Shown: piece after piece, positions 55,301 through 63,893 of the stretch | Position numbering within the stretch: the first letter of the stretch is position 1 | How the letters are laid out: each line of letters opens with the position of its first letter | Source of the DNA: Dehalococcoidia bacterium | GTDB taxonomy: Bacteria; Chloroflexota; Dehalococcoidia; Lucifugimonadales; QGNO01 | Assembly: GCA_965197965.1 (NCBI GenBank) | Contig: OZ240235.1 | Span: 549,820-613,819, forward strand | Reading direction: 5' to 3' | DNA: 64,000 nt | The notes under the pieces: model-generated | Seen by the model: the letters and a program-made list of their open reading frames with translations, nothing else | What the model was told of the DNA's origin: nothing | Database searches by the model: none | Program-made: the position numbers and the translations under genes

Positions 55301-58300
55301 CGTACGTCAGGGTGTCGTTGTCGCGGTCAGTCGCGTGGGTGGGGGCGCCGACGGCCCCGCCTGCGGGGCCCTCCTCGACAGACCATGAGCTGTCCCCCCG
55401 GAACCGTGGCGGCGCGTTGACAATGGGATCAGCCGTTACCTCAGCGGTCTCCCGGCTCAGGGCTGTCTTCCCCGACCCTCTCCGGTCGGTGTAGGTAACC
55501 ATGGCGCGGATCGCCTTCCCCGTGACGTCCTCGTCAACGACCCACGGGAAGGTCGTCGAGGCGGGGGTGAGTACGCCGGAGACCCTCGCCCATGATCCCC
55601 CGGTCGCCTTTGATTGGATAGCCCAGGTCATGCTGGAGGTGTCGATGCTGCCGTCCGGGTCGGTCAGCCTGAATGTCACGGTCTCTCCCGCCGCCGGACT
55701 CAGGTTCTCCACCTCGAGGGTCCCGTCTTCTTCCACGTCCCCGACGGTCACCGTGACGGCGACACTGACGTTCCGGCGGCTGGAGCCGCTCCGGACGTCG
55801 GTGGCGACCACATTGAACTCGTAGACGTTGTCGCCGCCGGAGTCCTCCGGCGCCTCGTAGTTGGGCGTTTTGACGAAGGTGAGCACGCCGTCGGCGCTGA
55901 TGGCAAAATCGCGCCTGTCCGTGCCCGTCCGCGACCAGGTCACGCCGACCTCCTCGTCTTCCGCGTCGTAGTCCGCAAGGTCCATCACAACGTAGTTGGT
56001 GTTCGCATCATGCTCATCGAGGGTTATCGCCGTTTCGGGAGTCCCGGTAAACTCCGGGACCTCGTTCACGTCAGTCACCGTGATGACGACGGCGTAGTCC
56101 GTGGTCTTCTTGTCGGTGGCGTCGTCAAAAGCCCGCACGGTGATGGAGTAGGTGTTGCTGCTGCCGTCACCGACGTCGTCGTCGCGGGGATGCTCGAAGT
56201 TGGGCAGCGGGCCCTGGCCGAAGCCGCTGTCCTGCGTGAAGGTCAGGACGCCCGTTGTGGGGTCGATTTCCAGGTAGGCCGCGTCCGTGCCGACAAGCGC
56301 CCACCCGATGGTGTCCCCAACGTCATAGTCTTCGGCGGTGAAGGTGTGGACGTTGTCCGGCGTCCCCGTGAAGTCGTACTCGATCTCCATGTAGTTCTGC
56401 GGCGCGTTGAAATTCTCGTCGATGTCCGGCCGCTCGTTCACGTCCGTGACCGTGACGACAACCTCGAGCTCCCTGGTGTTCGAGGCGGTGTCCCTGGCCC
56501 TCACGGTGACGTTGTACACGTTGTCTGTGCCGGCATCCGCCGGCATCTCGAAGTTGGGGAAGTTGGGCCGCTGGGCAAACGACAGGACTCCGGTACTGCT
56601 GTCGATGGTGAAGTCGGCGGCGTCCGTGCCCGTCCGCGACCAGGTGATGGTCTGGCCCTCCTCGTCGCGCCCGTCGTAGTCGGCGATGGTGAGGACCGCG
56701 GTCATGGCGTCGTACTCGATCTCCATGAACGAAGGAGCGGTATGGCTCGCGTCCGTGGTCGTGATCTCCGGCGTCTCATCAACGTTGGTGACGGTCACGG
56801 TCACCGTAAATGTCCCGACGCTGTTGCTCTCACCCTGACCGTCATCCGCCTCCACGACGATCTCGTAGGTGTTGCTGGAGCCCATATCGACGGCGTTTTC
56901 GAAGTCCGGACGGATGCTGAAGGAGAGGACGCCGGACGAGCTGTCGATGGTGAAGTGCGCCGCGTCGTCGCCGCTCACGTCCCATGTGATGGTCTGTAGG
57001 TTGGCGTTGTCGCTGTTGTCATCGTCGGTGGCCGAGTAGGTGGCGATAATGTAGTTCGCGGCGGTGAGGTCCGCGTCGAGGACGTCGTACTCGATCTCCG
57101 CGAAGTCCGGGGAGTTGTCGCCGCTGACCACCGGCGTCTCGTTCACGTCCGTCACCGTGACTTGGACCATGAGCGTGGTACCTAGACCGCCGGCGTCCCT
57201 GACCCTTACCGTCACGTCGTACGCGTTGTCGGTGTCGTCGTCGACCGGCATCTCAAAGTTGGGTACGTTCCTGAACTCGAGCTCCCCGTGACCATCGGCG
57301 TTCTTCGTGATGGTGAAGTCGCCCGCGTCATCGCCATGCAGGTCCCACGTCAGCACGCTGTTCGCGTCCGGGTCTGCCGCTTCGTAGGTCTTGATGACCA
57401 CCGAGGTTGCCGTGTTCTCAGCGACGTCGAAGCTCGTGTCGGTCACTTCAAGGGTCGTGATCTTCGGCGGCTCATTGACGTTGGTCACCGTGACCGTGAC
57501 CTCGTGCGTGTCGGGCAGGCCGCCGGCGTCTGTGACCTTCACCGTCACGACGTAGGTGTTGTTCATGGCGGTGCTGCCGACATCGGTCGGCGTCTCGAAG
57601 TCGGGGGCGTTCTTGAAGGTGAGCGCGCCGGTCGTGGAGTCGATGTCGAACTTGCCCCCGTCATCGGCGGTCTCCACGGACCACGTGAGCGTGTCCGACG
57701 CGTCCACGTCAGTCGCCGCAAACGTATGGACGGCGGTCGAGTTCTCGGGCACGGACCTTGTGGCCGGGGGAGACGTGATCACCGGCTCCTCGTTGACGTC
57801 GGTCACGTGGACGTTGACCCCAATGGTGTCTTCCTTCCTTGGAGAACCGTTGTCCCTGACCCTCACGACCAGGACGTATATGTTCCCGTCGACCGAGCCT
57901 TTCGGGTCCTCGAAGTCAGGCACGTTCCTGAACTTGAGCTCCCCTTGCCCCTGGGGGTTGGTCGTGATTCTGAAGTCGCCCGCGTCAGCGCCTTCCAGGC
58001 TCCACGTCAACGTGGTGCTCGCGTCTACGTCGGTCGCTTCGAATGTCTCGATGACCACCGATGTCGCCGTGTTCTCAGCTTCGCTAAGGATGTGGGCTGC
58101 ACCGGAATTAGTCGTGATCTCCGGCGCCTCGTTCACGTTGGTCACCGTGACCGTGAACGTGAGCGTGTCACTCAGGCCGCCGCTGTCGGTGAGCTTCACC
58201 TTCACGACGTAGGTGTTGTTCATGGCAGTGTCGCCAACGTCGGTCGGCGTCTCGAAGTCCGGCTGGTCCTTGAAGGAGAGCATCGTGAGAAAGTCGCTCG

Positions 58301-61300
58301 CGACCTGAAACTTGTCCCCGTCGTCGGTGGACTCCACGGACCAAGTCTGCGTATCCGGCACGTCGACGTCCAACGCCATAAGGAGGATAGTTCCGCTGGA
58401 GTTCTCGGGCACGTTGGGTGCATCCAAAAGGTTCGTGATCTCCGGCGCCTCGTTGACGTTGGTCAGGTTGATGGTCACCGCGATGGTGTCGTCGGTGGCG
58501 GTGTTGGCGTTGCCGGCGGCGTCCTTGCTGTCGCGCACGCTCACGGTCACGCTGTAGCTCTTCTTCGAGGACTCGAAGTTGAAGGTGTGCGTGGACCCGG
58601 TCTTGACCTTGATCTGGCCGTCCGAGTCGATCTCGAAGCGAGCTGCGTCCGCGCCGGTCAGCGAGTAGGTCAGCGTGTCCGAGTCGCCGTCCGTGGCCGT
58701 GATCACGCCCCCGACGACGTCCACCCCGGCGCCGCTGTTCTCCGGCAGGGTGCGCGTGGCCGTCTCCGCGCTGAACTCCGGCTCGGCGTTGCCGGCGCCC
58801 ACCGCGCTGCTCGACACCGCGCTGGCAGTCTTGCCCGAACCCTGGGGATCTGTGTAGGTCACCGTGGCCCGCAGGTACTTGCCCACGTCCGCGGCGACCG
58901 GCGTGTAGCCGGCGGTGATGGCCCCGCTGATATCGTTGAACGACCCGGTGGCCGTGCTCCCCCTCGCCCATCGCCACGAAGCGCCGGAGACGGTCCCGTC
59001 AAGGTCGCTCACCGATGCCGTGGCCGCCGTACCCCCGGTGAACGTGGCCGGCAGCGTCACCGTCCCGGCCTCGTCCAGGTTGTTGACGGAGATGGTGACG
59101 GCAATCGTGGCGTCGACGGTGGTGTCGGCCACGCCGACGGCGTTCTTGCCGTCGTGCACGGTCACGTTCACCGAGTAGCTGCTATCGGTCTCAAAGTCCA
59201 GGGAGGCGCTCGTCTTCAGCTGGCCGCTGGCCGTGTCGATGGTGAAGGATGACGCGTCCGTGCCGGTCAGCCCGTAGACCAGCGTATCGCTTTCGGGGTC
59301 GGTGGCCGCGACGGCAGCGCCGATGTCGGCGGCCGAGGCTGTGTTCTCGTCCACGCTGCGCGTCGTGGGCGCGGTGTCGGTGAACTCCGGCGGGTTGTTG
59401 ACCACCTCCAGCAGGTAGACGACGGTCTCCTCGCCTACGGTCCACTCGACGTCCTCGGCGACGGCCGGCCAGAGCAAGAACATTTGGCCCCCAGCCTTGT
59501 TTATTGAGATGTCGTCGTCCGACACAAGCCACTCGCGGCCCGTGTCGACGATCCACGCCTCCTCTTCGTTAGCGCCCGGAATCGGGCTCATGGTGATAGC
59601 GAGTCCGGTGCTCGGGACAGGGCCGAAATCTATTTGGTCGAACGCGTAGGTGTCCGAACCGTAGGTGAACGACGAGGGGCTGAGGGAACCGTCAGTGCCG
59701 GCGGTGTTTACGCCGATCGCGCCGAAGCCGCGGTCCGCGGGCGTGAGCGTTCCCACCCAGAGCAGCTTCCGCGTGGCGCCGGAGGCGACCACCTCGTGGG
59801 TCTCGGCGCTGGTCAGCGACTCCGAGTAGCCCTCGACGTCGGTAAACGTCACCGTGAGGCTGATGGCGTCTCTCACCTCGGATGCCGTGAGCGTGTAGGT
59901 CGATGAGGTCGCGCCGGATATGGCCGTGCCGTCGGCGAGCCACTGGTAGGAGAGCGTGCCCAGGCCGTCGGCGTCGGCGATGCCCGCGGTGTCCGCCGTC
60001 AGGACCTCGTCCTGCTGAAGCACGCCGCTGATGGAGGGCGCGCCGGTGGCGAAGTTGTTGTCGGCGTCAGTGCCCTTGACCTCAATGAGGAGGGGACGCA
60101 TGTTGCTGAACCACCGACCTGGATTGGAAGACACAGGACCCTGACGCTGCGTGTGGCCATCTCCGATGGACCAGCCCGCCGCGCCGCCGGGGTCCTCTGC
60201 GTCGTTGTCGGTTGCGGACAGGTAAGTGAATGTCCTCGAGTCGTTCTTGAGGAGAACCCAATAGGTGGTGCCCGCATGAAGCGTGGGGCAGGTTGTGCCC
60301 ATGGTTGGGGCGGCAAATGCGTGCAGCCCGGAGCCGCCGAAGGTCGCCGGGTTGGCCAGGCTACACAGCTCGGCACTGTCGCCGTCCGCGTTCAGCGTCG
60401 CGCTGATACGGTTGGCGGCTGGCGAGAGGTTGTTCGCGGTGCTGAAGAAGTGAACGCCGATCGAGTCCAGGGTATAGCCGCCGGTGTTCGCGCCGGTTGT
60501 GAATCCCTGGGCAATTAGGTCAGGGCTTTGCGAATCAAAATCCTCGCCGGAACTCCTGCGGGTCTGCCTCGTGTTCCTGACCAGGACGTCGGCCGGGACA
60601 ATGGTGTCGGACAGTGCGCTGGAGAGCGGCCCCTCGGCGTTGGTGAGGTCGTCGGTGAAGGTGACGTCCACCCTGATCCGCCTCTCCGCGTCGTCGTCCA
60701 TGAGGGTGTAGGTGGAGGAGTCCGTGCCGATGTTGGTGGTGCTGCCGCCGACGACGCGGACCCACTGGTAGGTGAATGTCGCGGAGGTCGTCCCGTCGTC
60801 GTCCATGATGGCCGAGGTGTCCGCGGTGAGCTCCTCGCCCACGCGCGGAGTGCCGGTGATTGTCGGCGCGCCGGTGGCCGGGTTGTTGATTGCGTAGCCC
60901 CTGACGGCCAGCTGGTGGTTAAAATTGGCGTTTGCTACCCACGCGGCCCCGGGGTTCACAACCACATAGCTGCTATCCCCGATTGTCCAGCCCGTCGCGC
61001 CGCCGGTGTCCTCGCCGTCCGCGGCAGTAACGTCCAAAGACATCGTGGATGTTGCGGTGTTCGCCACCCGCTGAACCACCGCAAAGTAGGTCTTGTTCGC
61101 CTCCAGCGTTGGGCACGAGTCCGTGGTCGACGCGTCGAAGGTCTGCACGCCCGAGCCGGAGAAGGTCCCCGGGTCGATCAGCGTGCACAGCGCAGCGTCC
61201 GGATTGGTGCTGCTGTCCACCCCGTTCAGCGTCACAGCCAGGTCGCCGCCGGCTGTCGAGGTGCTGGCGATGCCGCCGAAGCTGAAGCCGATGGAGCCCA

Positions 61301-62072
61301 GCGTGTATCCGGCGGGGTTGGCGCCGGTGGTGAACGCCTGGGCACGCTTGGAGTTGCCACCGACGCCCAGACCGTAGTCACCGCTGTCGGTTTGCCCCGT
61401 GTTCTTGATCAGGACGGGTGGGACTATCACGGAGCCCTTGACCTCGATCAGGAGGGCCGCTGCCTCTTCTGACCATTCCATGCCATCATAGGTGAAGGCC
61501 AAGCCGTCCACTTCCCAGCCCGCCGCAGCGCCGGAGTCCTCGGCAGCGCTAATGGTTTGGTCGACAGCGATTGCGCCTGTATTGGTGTTCGCCCGCTCGA
61601 TGACAGCGAAGTAGAGCGTTTCCGGCAGAAGCGTGGGGCACGGGTCCGTGGTTGGCACATCGAAGGTTTGCACGCCTGAGCCGGAGAAGGTCCCCGGGTC
61701 GGTGAGCGTGCACAGCGGACTGTTTGGCGCGTCGACGGAGTAAGTCTCATCAAAGGTCGCGTCGTAAAGCTTGACCGTCAGCTCGGCCCCTGCCGTCGTG
61801 GTGTCGCCGATGGTCCGGAATCTGATGCCGATGGAGCTCAGCGTGTAGCCGGAGGCGTGGGCGCCGGTGGTGAATCCCTGGGCTTGGCCGGGGAACGAGG
61901 CGTTAATCAAACCACTTGTACCAGTGGCGGCCTGCCCCGTGTTCTTGACCAGGACGGTGGCCGTCTGCGCCTGGACCGTCGATGACCAGAGGAGCACGCC
62001 GCCCAGGGCCAGCAGGGCGAGCAGTGCGATGAGCACCCGGGGGAGCGGCGCAAAGCGCCGGGAGGTGGTCAT
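52362..62072 (-). CDS. Giant secreted cadherin-repeat protein (3236 aa)
   Basis: The signal peptide is MTTSRRFAPLPRVLIALLALLALGGVLLWSSTVQAQ.
- Four ~190-aa N-terminal repeats (NTGQ...AQ(G/A)FTTG...GYTL.SIG..F...LCTL.DPGTFSGSGVQTFD) at ~59600-61960.
- Two YQW modules.
- About 16 cadherin-type repeats with (T)V(T)(N/D)VNE.P linkers, interleaved with 5 'W(Q/R)WARS' ~95-aa modules, at ~52900-59400.
- A Gly14 run (52833-52874).
- A C-terminal EF-hand/dockerin-like segment YDFNRNGTIEKDEVLAAVSDYFAG. Confidence 0.85.
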   Translation of the reverse strand: MTTSRRFAPLPRVLIALLALLALGGVLLWSSTVQAQTATVLVKNTGQAATGTSGLINASFPGQAQGFTTGAHASGYTLSSIGIRFRTIGDTTTAGAELTVKLYDATFDETYSVDAPNSPLCTLTDPGTFSGSGVQTFDVPTTDPCPTLLPETLYFAVIERANTNTGAIAVDQTISAAEDSGAAAGWEVDGLAFTYDGMEWSEEAAALLIEVKGSVIVPPVLIKNTGQTDSGDYGLGVGGNSKRAQAFTTGANPAGYTLGSIGFSFGGIASTSTAGGDLAVTLNGVDSSTNPDAALCTLIDPGTFSGSGVQTFDASTTDSCPTLEANKTYFAVVQRVANTATSTMSLDVTAADGEDTGGATGWTIGDSSYVVVNPGAAWVANANFNHQLAVRGYAINNPATGAPTITGTPRVGEELTADTSAIMDDDGTTSATFTYQWVRVVGGSTTNIGTDSSTYTLMDDDAERRIRVDVTFTDDLTNAEGPLSSALSDTIVPADVLVRNTRQTRRSSGEDFDSQSPDLIAQGFTTGANTGGYTLDSIGVHFFSTANNLSPAANRISATLNADGDSAELCSLANPATFGGSGLHAFAAPTMGTTCPTLHAGTTYWVLLKNDSRTFTYLSATDNDAEDPGGAAGWSIGDGHTQRQGPVSSNPGRWFSNMRPLLIEVKGTDADNNFATGAPSISGVLQQDEVLTADTAGIADADGLGTLSYQWLADGTAISGATSSTYTLTASEVRDAISLTVTFTDVEGYSESLTSAETHEVVASGATRKLLWVGTLTPADRGFGAIGVNTAGTDGSLSPSSFTYGSDTYAFDQIDFGPVPSTGLAITMSPIPGANEEEAWIVDTGREWLVSDDDISINKAGGQMFLLWPAVAEDVEWTVGEETVVYLLEVVNNPPEFTDTAPTTRSVDENTASAADIGAAVAATDPESDTLVYGLTGTDASSFTIDTASGQLKTSASLDFETDSSYSVNVTVHDGKNAVGVADTTVDATIAVTISVNNLDEAGTVTLPATFTGGTAATASVSDLDGTVSGASWRWARGSTATGSFNDISGAITAGYTPVAADVGKYLRATVTYTDPQGSGKTASAVSSSAVGAGNAEPEFSAETATRTLPENSGAGVDVVGGVITATDGDSDTLTYSLTGADAARFEIDSDGQIKVKTGSTHTFNFESSKKSYSVTVSVRDSKDAAGNANTATDDTIAVTINLTNVNEAPEITNLLDAPNVPENSSGTILLMALDVDVPDTQTWSVESTDDGDKFQVASDFLTMLSFKDQPDFETPTDVGDTAMNNTYVVKVKLTDSGGLSDTLTFTVTVTNVNEAPEITTNSGAAHILSEAENTATSVVIETFEATDVDASTTLTWSLEGADAGDFRITTNPQGQGELKFRNVPDFEDPKGSVDGNIYVLVVRVRDNGSPRKEDTIGVNVHVTDVNEEPVITSPPATRSVPENSTAVHTFAATDVDASDTLTWSVETADDGGKFDIDSTTGALTFKNAPDFETPTDVGSTAMNNTYVVTVKVTDAGGLPDTHEVTVTVTNVNEPPKITTLEVTDTSFDVAENTATSVVIKTYEAADPDANSVLTWDLHGDDAGDFTITKNADGHGELEFRNVPNFEMPVDDDTDNAYDVTVRVRDAGGLGTTLMVQVTVTDVNETPVVSGDNSPDFAEIEYDVLDADLTAANYIIATYSATDDDNSDNANLQTITWDVSGDDAAHFTIDSSSGVLSFSIRPDFENAVDMGSSNTYEIVVEADDGQGESNSVGTFTVTVTVTNVDETPEITTTDASHTAPSFMEIEYDAMTAVLTIADYDGRDEEGQTITWSRTGTDAADFTIDSSTGVLSFAQRPNFPNFEMPADAGTDNVYNVTVRARDTASNTRELEVVVTVTDVNERPDIDENFNAPQNYMEIEYDFTGTPDNVHTFTAEDYDVGDTIGWALVGTDAAYLEIDPTTGVLTFTQDSGFGQGPLPNFEHPRDDDVGDGSSNTYSITVRAFDDATDKKTTDYAVVITVTDVNEVPEFTGTPETAITLDEHDANTNYVVMDLADYDAEDEEVGVTWSRTGTDRRDFAISADGVLTFVKTPNYEAPEDSGGDNVYEFNVVATDVRSGSSRRNVSVAVTVTVGDVEEDGTLEVENLSPAAGETVTFRLTDPDGSIDTSSMTWAIQSKATGGSWARVSGVLTPASTTFPWVVDEDVTGKAIRAMVTYTDRRGSGKTALSRETAEVTADPIVNAPPRFRGDSSWSVEEGPAGGAVGAPTHATDRDNDTLTYGIQSGGDSAYFEIDPSTGQVRLAQALDFETTPGPLFFYLTLHDGKGVDANNAEIDDSSIDATRSATISVVDVEEDGVVTLSTDEPETGMPLTATLEDGDGVVTGEIWQWARSENGRTGWTNISGATSSSYTPTVADEDFFLRATVTYTDRRGAGKSAEAVTDDPVPSENRRPRFPSTETGQRTVPENSRAGANIGAPVAADDSENDSLTYTLTGSDAAAFTIVETTGQIRVKDDLDYETKPSYSFTIEVHDGRDGSGATSTTIDDTQAVTITVENVEEPGTITLTTDTQSIQARVEVTAALEDDDIPSGVTWQWSRSPNGRTDWVNIQGATLAAYTPTLEEDRGNYIRATASYTDGHGPNKTANAVSARVGDPPPVNSEPVFPSTEDGRREVEENSAEDSAVGTPVAATDLNAGDSAVNDPLAYSLSGTDVASFTIDSSTGQISLAAGAQLDYEDKRTYRVTVEVTDGRDQNGDDDMDAIDDSQNVTITVTNVNEAPEVTGDATVSYQEDANRAIATYTGTDPERDTLTWSVSSDDFWISQRGQLYFRTPPSYETQTSYQVTVTATDDDVTTPLSGTLDVTVTVTDAEEEGAVVITPPRGWVNVLTEFMAVLTDDDGGVTGETWQWARSPNGRSSWTDIAGETSSSYTVTADDANQYLRASASYEDRRGSNKTASAVLSSPVGDTRPAANTAPEFTETAPVTRKVSAGTASGRNVGSRVRATDADQGDVLTYSLSGTDGDAFDIDAATGQIRTKDVLEHDPDPDGDNTYEVMVSVHDGFDGGYNESSASDATIEVTITVTAASSARPPQGGGGGGGGGGGGGGVTVPEVDPPSFAEGSSTTRLLPASARPGDAVGKPLVATHPTYSGFTYLLSGTDSTKFTVDESTGQIRVGQEVSLEEGDTYDVTLRASVARVGGSTITVEIGVSIRVTEPEPPAIRYDFNRNGTIEKDEVLAAVSDYFAGLIEKNDVLALVARYFAV

Positions 62073-62300
62073 GACCTACCCCCGGCTAGCCGAGTCCAAA
62101 AATCGGGGGCTGACAGGGGTATTGCCGTCACCGTTAAAGCGTCTCTTACGTTTCCGTTCGGCATCTTTACGTCGTCAGGTGAAACCTTGGGCTAACCACT
62201 CGCCAGCTTGAGACCCCCGTATGCAATCACTGTCCTATCGCAGAGTGGCAGCCTGAGGGTCCGCTTATCGTATGGTCTTCTTACGCATCCACCCATATAA

Positions 62301-62329
62301 ACAGTAGAGCCCCTTCATCGATTTGGTAA
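62301..62329 (-). promoter_or_regulatory. Candidate leftward promoter for the 3236-aa gene
   Basis: On the minus strand: TTACCA (62329-62324), a 17-nt spacer, then TACTGT (62306-62301). The same geometry is conserved in copies A and B (-10 TAGTGT). It would give a ~230-nt 5' UTR. Confidence 0.3.
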
Positions 62330-62400
62330 GTGCTTAATCACACTGTCGCGGCAGCAATTTTGTTAGCTTTTAGAGAGTGTGTTTCTGCAACTTTTTGCTC

Positions 62401-62429
62401 TTGTGGACACAAACAAAAGTGGCTAGATT
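62401..62429 (+). promoter_or_regulatory. Candidate rightward promoter for the kinase/regulator operon
   Basis: TTGTGG (62401-62406), a 17-nt spacer, then TAGATT (62424-62429). The -10 and spacing are conserved in copies B and C (-35 TTGCTA / TTGCTG). About 250 nt of leader precede ATG 62681. Confidence 0.35.
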
Positions 62430-62680
62430 AGTAGCATCTTCACACCGTCGTGACCGCCAAACACTCCTTGGTCTCACGCGCAAACCGGAGAGGAGATGTC
62501 TCAGCCACATTGCCTAAGCCGGGGCCTGCGTCCAATCAGAGCAGCCGCCAGCGTCTTTGGCATGAGCGTCGAGCCGCTCATCCGCCTCAGACTCGGACTG
62601 GCTGGGATGCACCGCTATTCCCGCTGGGGGCAGGTCGGCGCCAGGGTTAGGTTGGGTGTTGGAAGAGGGGCCTGTACTTT

Positions 62681-63892
62681 ATGAAGACATCGATGGGCGC
62701 AATACAGACGCGGCTTCTCCAGATGCTCTGGCTCGACCCGGACGAGGCATCGTACGCCGCCAATATCACGGTGTGGCTACGCTGGCTCTTCTGGGTCGGC
62801 GCCGTGATCGAGCTTGCCTATCGACCGGCGTTCACGCATGCCAAGTACATTCCGTTCATGCTCATGCACGTGCCGCTGGTCGCGCTCAACGGCTATGTGC
62901 ACTACCGTCTGCTCTCCCGGCGCAGGGTGACGTGGCGTCACCTGCTCCTCCTCAGCGCCATGGACATAGCCCTGATCACGGCCAGCGTCGTCGTCGATGG
63001 TGGTTTCGACACCTTCCTCTACATCCCCTACTATCCCGCCCTTGCCGCCTTTGCCGCCATCTTCACCTCCGCTCTGCTGAATCTCACCTGGACTACGATC
63101 ACAGCCTCCACATACGTCGGCGTGAGCTTGATCATGGGCATGGGCTTCGATGGGATCAATGAGAAGATGCTGTTCTCCAGGGTGCTCGCGATGTTTGGGG
63201 TTGTCCTGGCTGTCAACTTCATCACCCGGTTTCAACGGCGCAGGGCGAGAGCGGCGATGGAACGGGAGCGGGAGCTGCAACGGGAACGGATCGAGCTCTC
63301 TCAGACGATTCACGATACGGTCGCCCAGACCGCCTTCATGATCGGCCTGGGGATAGACGCGGCCAAGCAGGTTGCCGGAGACTCGAACGAGGAGCTCACC
63401 GCCAGGCTCGATGCGACCTCACGGCTTTCCAAGATCTCCGTCTGGCAGTTGAGACACTCGATAGACATGGGCCGCATCTTCGAGGGTAGTGAGCTGGGCT
63501 GGACCCTGGACTCGCACGTTGCGACGTTCAGGACCATCACGTCGGTGTCGGCGGAGCTGACTCAGAACGGGGCGGAGCCGCCACTTTCGATGGAGGCTAA
63601 GAGTCTCCTGTTCTCCATAGCCCACAACGCCCTCGCCAACGCCTTTCGCCATGCCTGGGCGAGCCGGGTGCTGGTCGAGCTCGACTTCGGACGGGATGAG
63701 CTCAGGTTGTCGGTGTCGGACGACGGGGCGGGGCTTCCCGACGACTACGAGGAGCGCGGCCACGGCTTCGCAAATATGCGGGCGTACGCCGAACGTCTGG
63801 GCGGACGGCTTATCGTCGAGCCCAGGGGACCGGACGGGGGCGCGAGCGTGACCTGCCTGATGCCATTGTCTCGCGATAGAAAGGAGGGATAG
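62681..63892 (+). CDS. Sensor histidine kinase, HisKA_3 (NarX/LiaS-like) type, polytopic N-terminal domain
   Basis: 403 aa with ~5-6 hydrophobic segments. The H-box is LSQTIHDTVAQTAF. The ATPase motifs are HNALANAFRHA, SVSDDGAGLP and GHGFANMRAYAERLGGRL. Confidence 0.85.
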   Translation: MKTSMGAIQTRLLQMLWLDPDEASYAANITVWLRWLFWVGAVIELAYRPAFTHAKYIPFMLMHVPLVALNGYVHYRLLSRRRVTWRHLLLLSAMDIALITASVVVDGGFDTFLYIPYYPALAAFAAIFTSALLNLTWTTITASTYVGVSLIMGMGFDGINEKMLFSRVLAMFGVVLAVNFITRFQRRRARAAMERERELQRERIELSQTIHDTVAQTAFMIGLGIDAAKQVAGDSNEELTARLDATSRLSKISVWQLRHSIDMGRIFEGSELGWTLDSHVATFRTITSVSAELTQNGAEPPLSMEAKSLLFSIAHNALANAFRHAWASRVLVELDFGRDELRLSVSDDGAGLPDDYEERGHGFANMRAYAERLGGRLIVEPRGPDGGASVTCLMPLSRDRKEG

Positions 63893-63893
63893 G

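Larger units (their letters stand above)
62260..62876. repeat. Conserved intergenic cassette, copy D (long form, the intact one, upstream of the kinase)
   Basis: It is the same sequence family as A, B and C. It contains the inverted repeat CACACTGT (62339-62346) / AGAGTGTG (62374-62381) between the two promoter candidates. It extends through the leader into the first ~65 codons of the kinase. Confidence 0.8.

Noticed and set aside
37088-59252. Long plus-strand ORFs in the track. Examples are 41558..44011 (817 aa), 57288..59252 (654 aa), 55614..56999 (461 aa), 45086..46165, 37088..38143, 39554..40573 and 60528..61472.
   Set aside because: They lie antisense to the two giant minus-strand genes. 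Their products are low-complexity and Arg/Gly/Pro/Val-rich, with no recognisable motifs. Such shadow ORFs are expected opposite GC-rich, repeat-rich coding sequence.
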